The notes below the pieces were generated by a model. The model was not told where the DNA came from. It searched no databases and saw only the letters and a list, made by a program, of their open reading frames with translations. From Octopus sinensis (taxonomy: Eukaryota), in contig NW_021827413.1 of NCBI RefSeq assembly GCF_006345805.1, positions 1 through 10,010 on the forward strand: a DNA stretch of 10,010 nt. Reading direction: 5' to 3'. The translations under genes and the position numbers were made by a program. This document shows positions 1 through 6,156 of this stretch, in pieces; position 1 is the first letter of the stretch, and every line of letters begins with the position of its first letter.

Positions 1-403
1 GGGTTGAATAAACCTACCGCTAACAGATGGTAACTACATCATACTGTGAGTATCTGGACCCATCAGGGATTATGCTAGTCCTCCCTAGGACTCCAATATC
101 TTCACAACGAATCAAAACAAAGAAGCTAAAACAGCGCACAGAGGTTGCTCAGAGACCACACCCACCGACCATCTACACCAGCGATTTTCGATGTTTCTAT
201 TCGTTTTGGTGTGTGTTTTTTTTTTTTTTGTTTTGTTTTTTTTTGTTTATTTTTTTTATTTTGCGATTCATGCAAAATGTGTTACGACGCGGCATTAACA
301 TTTTAAAAGTTTTGGTTAATGACAAAATTGTTTTGAAAATTAAATATTGTGTTTTTAAATCCCCGGAACTCGAAGTGGATAAAGCTACAAATAATCTTTT
401 CCA

Positions 404-543
404 CTTTAGTCGAGCAAATCGACCCCAGGACTTATTCTTTGTAAGCCTAGTACTTATTCTATCAGTCTCTTTTGCCGAACGGCTAAGTGACGGAGACGTA
501 AACACACCAGCATCGGTTGTCAAGCAATGCTAGGGGACACACA

Positions 544-594
<51 letters not shown>

Positions 595-764
595 ACATAA
601 TATATATAAGACGGGCTTCTTTCAGTTTCCGTCTACCAAATCCACTCACAATACTTTGGTCAGCCCAAGGTTATAGTAGAAGACACTTGCCCAAGGTGCC
701 ATGCAGTGGGACTGAACCCGGAACCATGTGGTTGGTAAGTAAGTTACCTACCACACAGCCACTC
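404..764 (-). mobile_element. tRNA-derived SINE, copy A (cephalopod-type, internal (CA)n, 3' tail missing)
   Basis: The minus strand begins GAGTGGCTGTGTGGTAGG (A-box-like) followed by GGTTCCGGGTTCAGTCCC (B-box-like). The head aligns without gaps to copy B (2516-2629 plus 2944-2970) at about 80% identity by manual count. The end (GGGGTCGATTTGCTCGACTAAAG) matches the remnant at 7017-7039. Family assignment to an abundant Octopus SINE is from recall. Confidence 0.85.
537..597. repeat. (CA)n microsatellite inside SINE copy A
   Basis: Directly visible; about 30 CA units with a few interruptions. Confidence 0.97.
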
Positions 765-1039
765 AGTTTTTTATTTGAAAATGTAAACCGTAGATATTAC
801 AAAAGCTGTGAAAACCTCCTGTTGTTCGCTTAAGTGAGCAGAAAGATAGGTGTGAATCATCTTACGTATCTGTTTTGTGACTGATTGTTTCCTCATCAGA
901 GTTTAGTCTTCGGCTATTTTGACGATAATTCATTTACAGCACTATGTATGGAAGCAGATTATCAAGGTGTAACATTAATATGCTTCTGGATTTGTATATG
1001 ATGCGTTTGTCAGCTACATATCTATCTATCTATCTATCT

Positions 1040-1191
1040 AAAAATCCTCCCCTTTTTTTTGTCCTCTTTCCTTCCTTTTACGATCCCTTTTGATCGAAAA
1101 CCAACCCCCTTTTTTTTTACCCCCAAAAGAAAAGCTCTACCTTGTAATTTGTTCTGTCTGTGTGCAGCCCTGTGTGGCTAATAAAGAAACA

Positions 1192-1193
<2 letters not shown>
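1040..1193 (+). mobile_element. Probable 3' end of a non-LTR retroelement embedded in a (TCTA)n array
   Basis: About 150 bp of non-repeat sequence ending AGCC-CTGTGT-GGCT hairpin, AATAAA (1180-1185), GAAACATA, then (TCTA)n. Both sides share ACATATCTATCTATCTATCTATCT (1016-1039 and 1189-1212). The clade is not determinable here. Confidence 0.5.
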
Positions 1194-1236
<43 letters not shown>

Positions 1237-1249
1237 GTCTATCTATCTA
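1192..1249. repeat. (TCTA)n microsatellite (shorter array also at 1019-1039)
   Basis: Directly visible. Confidence 0.97.
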
Positions 1250-1357
1250 CCATTTTATATATCTATCTTTGTGTGCGTGCGAGCGTATGTATGTATGCAT
1301 GTACGTATGTATATGTATATAGATAGAAATAATGAGTTATGTACATTTATTTATTTA

Positions 1358-1488
1358 TTGTAGGCTTACAGCTGTTTCAGACGTACATTTGGGCGCGCTC
1401 ATGGTTTTTCTTTATCAATCGATCGATTGATTGTCTGGAAATTTTGGGATCCATCCTCACAATGATACCTTCATCGGAGCCAAAACAA
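1358..1488 (-). ncRNA. Type I hammerhead-ribozyme-like motif with expanded stem II
   Basis: Minus strand reads GGCT (1481-1478), CCGATGA (1477-1471), 92 nt, GAAA, C-AGCT-G-T-A (palindromic stem III ACAGCTGT, triplet GUA, predicted cut between 1367 and 1366), then AGCC (1366-1363). Stem I GGCT/AGCC is extended by TTGT/ACAA. The core deviates at position 4 (U to C). Confidence 0.55.
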
Positions 1489-2054
1489 ATCAGCTGCCAA
1501 AATAAAAAAGAGCAGAAAAGAAAGCGGATGGAATTTAGTCAGTGTGGCATTTATAGAGAACTAAAGCGCTTGTTTCTAGCTATCAACCTTCAGCTATTGT
1601 TCTCTCTAACCACAGTTGAATAGTATTGACATCCAGTAAAGAAATTTGATGCCCTACAATTTATTTATCAGTGACAGGCTTTTGGCATTTACTATTATAT
1701 TTTTGTAAACTATGTGAGGCTGGGGGTCGGTGAACATTTGCAAATGTACAAACCAAAAGGCAGTCATGATATTGCAAATTATTTTAAACTTGAAGTATCA
1801 CCATCTATCTAATTAATTACCAGGAATTCACATAAGTACAAAACAGTTAACAGAAATAGTTAAAACTAGTAATTGGAGATTATAAATAAATAAACTAGAA
1901 GTAATGACAGTAAGGTTAACACTACATGTAATCCTAAATTATAGAACCAGGTATTATTGGTACAGCTGCAATAGGAAGGTTAAGATATGCTTCTTAAATA
2001 TGGGGGTAGAGTAAATTACACAAGTGTTAGCAAGATAAAACTAAAGCAAAGTCA

Positions 2055-2088
2055 AACAAGAGCGCTCAGAGAGCGCAAACCTCCGCCA
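2055..2088 (+). mobile_element. Possible solo terminus of a pearl/HINE-like (Helentron-associated) non-autonomous element
   Basis: AACAAG start, GCGCTC-AGA-GAGCGC hairpin (2062-2076), then ACCTCCGCCA. This layout resembles mollusc pearl/HINE 5' ends (recall). No body or matching 3' end was identified. Confidence 0.35.
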
Positions 2089-2293
2089 TCATGGGTAATG
2101 CAACTTACAAATTTGACTGGCAATGGACTTATACTTGGGCTTTCAGCTGCCAATTACTTGGAATACAGTACCGATCGCAACACTTTTCTGTTAGCCTGGT
2201 GTGTTTTTATGTACAGAGAGCTTAATTGTTTCGCCTGGTATAATCATCCTTATTTTCTTGACCATCGAACAGTATACATCCTAAGCCTATATT

Positions 2294-2518
2294 CCATGCT
2301 TCACCTATAGATATCCTCTATTTAATTTTTAAGCTGATTTTATCATTAAAGGGTAGCTAAAAAGTTCCACTCGAATGACATCCTCCCGCCATGAAAAAAA
2401 GAGTTGTTCTCTTTTTTTCATGGCGGTAGGATGTCATTCGAGTGGAACTTTTTAGCTACCCTTTAATGATAAAATCAGCTTAAAAATTAAATAGAGGATA
2501 TCTATAGGTGAAGCATGG
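2294..2518. repeat. Long near-perfect inverted repeat (palindrome)
   Basis: Checked base by base: arms 2294-2403 and 2409-2518 (110 bp each), a single mismatch (C2385/T2427), and a 5-nt spacer TTGTT (2404-2408). Confidence 0.98.
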
Positions 2519-2629
2519 CTGTGTAGTAAGAAATCTGGTTCCCAACCACATGGTTTCGGCTTGAGTCTCACTACATAGCACCTTCGGCAAGTATCTTCTA
2601 CTATAGCTTCGGATGGACCAAAGCCTTGT
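2507..2629 (+). mobile_element. tRNA-derived SINE, copy B, 5' part (same family as copy A)
   Basis: TGGCTGTGTAGTAAG...CCAACCACATGGTT...GCACCTTCGGCAAGTATCTTCTACTATAGC...ACCAAAGCCTTGT aligns to the reverse complement of copy A. The B-box is degraded. Interrupted by SINE C. Confidence 0.9.
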
Positions 2630-2930
2630 TGTTCCTTCTCGAGCCATGCTTGGGTCATAAGGGCCGGTTTCCCGGCTTCATTGGCGTATAGGTTCCCAAA
2701 CCTAGATGGGACGCCGGTCCATCGCAGGTGAGCTTCAAGATGTAGAAGGAAAGAGTGAGAGAAAGTTGTGGCGAAAGAGTCAGCAGAAGTTCGCCATTAT
2801 CTTCTGCTGGAGCCGCTTGGAGCTTAGGTGTTTCGCTCATAAACACGCACATCGCTCGGTCTGAAATTCGAACCAACGATCCCTCGACCGCGAGTCCGCT
2901 GTTCTAACCACTAGGCCATGTGCCTCCACT
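2630..2930 (-). mobile_element. Full-length 301-bp tRNA-derived SINE (copy C) with 13-bp TSD
   Basis: Minus strand carries A-box TGGCCTAGTGGTTAG (2918-2904) and B-box GGTTCGAATTTC (2874-2863), and ends GGCTCGAGAAGGAACA. Flanked by the perfect direct repeat ACCAAAGCCTTGT (2617-2629 and 2931-2943). Confidence 0.92.
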
Positions 2931-2970
2931 ACCAAAGCCTTGTGAGTGAGTTTGGTCGACGGAAACTGAA
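2931..2970 (+). mobile_element. SINE copy B, continuation after SINE C (includes second TSD copy)
   Basis: GAGTGAGTTTGGTCGACGGAAACTGAA resumes the alignment to copy A (GAGTGGATTTGGTAGACGGAAACTGAA) exactly where it was interrupted, then truncates. Confidence 0.88.
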
Positions 2971-2990
2971 TTACCAGAATACATAAGTTC

Positions 2991-3114
2991 CCAGCACCAC
3001 CATCACTATCACTGTCACCGCTACCACCACCAACAACAATAACAACAACACTATTACCACCATCACTACCACCACCATCACCACTACCACCACTAACACT
3101 ACCAGCACCACCAG
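2991..3114. repeat. Degenerate (CAC/CAA/CTA)n low-complexity tract (similar tract at 3308-3370)
   Basis: Directly visible C/A-rich triplet repeats. Confidence 0.9.
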
Positions 3115-3427
3115 CCGTTCAAGAATTTGGACCAGGAGATCTCCATTTCCAGCGACTTCGAGGTCCACCTCCCAGTGGTGTCGGGCGTCAACGAAGAGCC
3201 CTCGACTACAACAAGACGACCAAAGTTTTTTTTTCCCCCAAGGTCTGGGGTCTCCCGCCCCTAAGCCCTAGACCATCACCTAATCACCCTTACCCGTCTT
3301 GTTGCTTAACAACAACAACAACAACAACAACAACAGCACTACCACCAACACCACCACCAATTCCACCACCCTGTCTTTGGTGACACTAGCGTCGAAGTTT
3401 CAGTATTCAGGAAACCGTTAGATTTAC

Positions 3428-3521
3428 CTGACGATGATTCTATCCCACCATGTCTGTTCCCGTCCGTCCGGCTGTTTAGGCACGTGTCCCCCACCACCCG
3501 CTCCTTGGTCACGTCTGCCAT
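3428..3521 (-). CDS. Candidate first coding exon of an unknown gene (MADVTKERVVGDTCLNSRTDGNRHGGIESSS)
   Basis: ATGG at 3521, about 50 nt downstream of the minus-strand TATA; open GC-rich frame; ends at donor-like CAG|GTAAAT (3428|3427). No recognisable homology. Confidence 0.25.
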
Positions 3522-3586
3522 AAAAAAAATTTTAATAAAAATAATCAAAAATCGTGCAAGTGACGCCATTTTATATAAGGGTGGGG
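3481..3586. promoter_or_regulatory. Candidate RNA polymerase II promoter core
   Basis: CACGTG (3481-3486), GTCACGTC (3508-3515), TGACG (3561-3565), YY1-like CGCCATTTT (3564-3572), and a TATA readable on both strands (TATATAAA minus 3577-3570, TATATAAG plus 3572-3579). CpGs are retained locally. Short motifs only; no expression evidence. Confidence 0.35.
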
Positions 3587-3744
3587 AAAACGAAAACGAA
3601 TACAAAATAAAAATATAGTAAAATAAAATAAAACCAGCTTTTTTTATCGTAAAATTCTTGCAAGGTGTGCGCGCTCGTGTGGTTAGTAGTAGTGGTGGTG
3701 GCAGCTGCTGCTAGTAGCAACAGCAGCAGTGGCTGTAGCAGCAG

Positions 3745-3748
3745 TAGC

Positions 3749-3794
<46 letters not shown>

Positions 3795-3826
3795 ATAGTA
3801 GTAGTAGTAATAGTGGTAGTAGTAGT
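3745..3826. repeat. (AGT)n microsatellite
   Basis: Directly visible, with a few AAT/GGT variants. Confidence 0.95.
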
Positions 3827-3889
3827 GATGTTGGTCGTTGTAATAGTGATGGTGTTGATGCTAGGTTATTTGTGGCGTTGGCGATGTAT

Positions 3890-4287
3890 GTGGTGGTGGT
3901 GGTTCTGGTGGTGGTGGTGGTAGTGATAGTGGTAGTGGTGATTGTGGTGGTGATTGTGGTGGTGGTGGTGGTGGTTCTGGTGGTGGTGGTAGTGGTGGTG
4001 GTGATTGTGGTGGTGATTGTGGTGGTGGTGGTGATGGTGGTGGTTCTGGTGGTGATTGTGGTGGTGTTTGTGGTGGTGGTGGTGGCGGTAGTGGTGGTGG
4101 TGATTGTGGTGGTGGTGGTGGTGGTTCTGGTGGTGGTGGTGGTAGTGGTGGTGGTGATTGTGGTGGTGATTGTGGTGGTTCTGGTGGTGGTGGTGGTAGT
4201 GGTGGTGGTGATTGTGGTGGTGATTGTGGTGGTGATTGTGGTGGTGGTGGTGGTGGTTCTGGTGGTGGTGGTAGTGGTGGTGGTGAT
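3890..4287. repeat. (GGT)n-based minisatellite with an approximately 60-bp higher-order unit
   Basis: Variant triplets TCT, AGT and GAT-TGT recur in the same order about six times within the GGT background. Confidence 0.9.
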
Positions 4288-4369
4288 GTGATGACGGTTA
4301 TTGGTGGAGGCGATAGAGTTGGTTATGATTTGTAGTCGAGTTAATGTTGGAGGCGATTATGGTGTGTGT

Positions 4370-4863
4370 TGACATGATGGTGGTGGTGGTGGTGATAGTG
4401 ATGATGATGGCAGTGGTGGTGATAGTGATGGCAGTGGTGGTGGTAGCGGTGGAGGTGGTGATGGTGGTTGTCGTGGTTTTCGTGTTGGTGGTCGTTTTGG
4501 TGGTGATGATGGTGGTGGCGGTGGCGGCGATATTGTTGTATTTGTGATTCGTGTTATTGTTTTTGTTGTTGTTGTTGTTGTTTGACACAACAGTTGTTGC
4601 TTCTGTTTTCGTCCATTTCTTTTCCCTGTTGTTGTTGTTATTGTTGACGTTTTTGGTAGCCATTGTTGTTGTTGTTATTGTTGACGTTTTTGGTAGCCAT
4701 TGTTGTTGTTGTTATTGTTGACCTTACTGCAGCTGATCAGGATTTCATCATTGCAAGCGTTATTGGTGTTGTTCTTGTTGCTGTTGTTGTTGCTACAGGT
4801 GTTGCCGTTGTTGCTTTTGCTGCTGCTGCTGCTGCAGCTATTATCATTCATGTTATTACTGAA

Positions 4864-4927
<64 letters not shown>

Positions 4928-5136
4928 GTAATGATGATGCTGTTATTGCTACTGCTGCTGCTGCTGCTGTTGTTGTTGCTGTTATTGCTGATGATGATGA
5001 TGGTGATGCTGATAGTATTGCTATTATTGTTGATGTTGCTGTTGCTGCCAATATTGTTGTTACTACTGCTCCTGTTGCGATTGTTGTTGCTGTTGTTTTG
5101 GTAGTAATGGCGGCGGTGTTGTTGTTGTTGTTACTG

Positions 5137-5168
<32 letters not shown>

Positions 5169-5238
5169 GGTGGTGGTGGTGGTGGTGTGGTGGTGGTGGT
5201 GGTGGTGGTGGTGCCGGTGGTGGTTGTATCGGTGGTGG
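4370..5238. repeat. Mixed G/T-rich triplet low-complexity region (GGT, GTT, GAT, GCT)
   Basis: Directly visible; includes a pure (GAT)21 at 4864-4926. Confidence 0.93.
4627..4722. repeat. Perfect 37-bp tandem repeat, 2.6 copies
   Basis: Unit TGTTGTTGTTGTTATTGTTGACGTTTTTGGTAGCCAT; the GAC marker falls at 4646, 4683 and 4720 (period 37). Confidence 0.95.
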
Positions 5239-5814
5239 TCGCTCTTGTCTGTCCTACTCCCACTTTTACTCCTTCCCCCTAGGTGGGTGTTTACATGTCT
5301 GACATGCAGAACGCCCGTTAAGGTTAGACCGAGGTCTCGACTTTACAAACAAGTCACATATTATGCAAACATTAGTCAGAATGGCACCTGATGGGCCTAC
5401 ATGCACATATCTGTGTGTGCATGCATCTATGCATCTATGCATCTACGCATGTGTGCGCATAAGCAAGTGTGTATGTGCTTATGGGCGTAAGTGCAATATA
5501 AACTACATTTATGCGTGCGTGTGTATGTGTATCCACTCACACACACATATATAATGTATACATATACAGATATATGTACAATTATTGTGCATGTCCGAGT
5601 GTCCGTGCATATGTGTACAAGTCTTTGTCTCTGTATTTGTGTGTATGTGTGTGAGACCAGTATTGTAAACCCGAGGTTCTTTCTTATGATATATGCGTGC
5701 GAGTGCAAGGAGAGACACATTGATGTATTAGCAACACTTATGCATATATACGAACGTGAGTATATCTGTCTATATCTCTATCTGTCTATCTAATTATCTA
5801 TCCACCAATGTATC

Positions 5815-5818
<4 letters not shown>

Positions 5819-5861
<43 letters not shown>
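5819..5861. repeat. (TA)n microsatellite
   Basis: Directly visible. Confidence 0.97.
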
Positions 5862-5915
5862 GGTTATAAAATGAGATAGGGGTTGAAAATTCAGCCCACC
5901 ATATATATATATATA

Positions 5916-6077
5916 CCGGAGTAAACACATAAATGTGAAACAAGGTGGAAAAAAGAGTACTCAAATACCAGTGGTAGAGTAATATGCTTTATTTTGCTAG
6001 CAAAAACTGTCCGACGAACGGCAACGGGAAACTCAGAGTAACAGGTTTTGTTGAATTTTCTGCTGCTTTAAATAAAG
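5916..6077 (+). mobile_element. Penelope-like retroelement fragment (pseudo-LTR region) between (TA)n arrays
   Basis: Contains a minimal type I hammerhead fold followed by AATAAA; inverted 8-mer CTTTATTT (5987-5994) / AAATAAAG (6070-6077); (TA)n on both flanks. Minimal type I hammerheads are an established feature of Penelope-like element pLTRs. No RT or GIY-YIG coding sequence is present. Confidence 0.6.
6007..6044 (+). ncRNA. Minimal type I hammerhead-ribozyme-like motif
   Basis: CTGT (stem I), CCGACGA core, ACG-GCAA-CGG (stem II with an A.G mismatch at the closing pair), GAAA, CT-CAG-AG-T-A (stem III, triplet GUA, predicted cut 6040|6041), ACAG (stem I). Flanking AAAA/TTTT extend stem I. 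Confidence 0.7.
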
Positions 6078-6079
6078 TG

Positions 6080-6107
6080 TATATATATATATATATATAT
6101 TATATAT

Positions 6108-6152
<45 letters not shown>
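6080..6152. repeat. (TA)n microsatellite
   Basis: Directly visible. Confidence 0.97.

Positions 6153-6156
<4 letters not shown>

Noticed and set aside
27-533. 168-aa plus-strand ORF and its 108-aa antisense partner
   Set aside because: They cross a T-rich tract and the body of SINE copy A; no recognisable domain.
879-899. Minus-strand CTGATGA-G-GAAAC-AATCA-GTC, a canonical hammerhead core with GUC
   Set aside because: Stem II is reduced to one nucleotide and stem I has only one possible pair; at most a deleted relic, possibly chance.
2294-2518. Palindrome interpreted as a MITE
   Set aside because: No target-site duplication, essentially no internal spacer, and one arm ends inside a SINE head.
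2860-2930. tRNA-like head (A-box and B-box) as a tRNA gene; likewise 700-764
   Set aside because: No complete cloverleaf or acceptor stem; continues into a SINE body, and copy C has a TSD.
3411-3434. GAAAC...CTGACGA as a permuted (type II) hammerhead
   Set aside because: Stems I and III cannot form convincingly and stem II needs a bulge at the core junction.
4627-4722. 37-bp repeat (and the 47-bp repeat at 9013-9107) as a CRISPR array
   Set aside because: Head-to-tail copies with no unique spacers, no cas genes, and a eukaryotic context.
3665-5391. Long poly-Val, poly-Leu, poly-Thr, poly-Asp and poly-Met ORFs in the ORF track
   Set aside because: Expected open frames of triplet microsatellites on both strands; no complex coding signal.
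5396-5810. Cys/His/Tyr-rich ORFs
   Set aside because: Translations of degenerate (TG)/(TA)/(CA) dinucleotide sequence.
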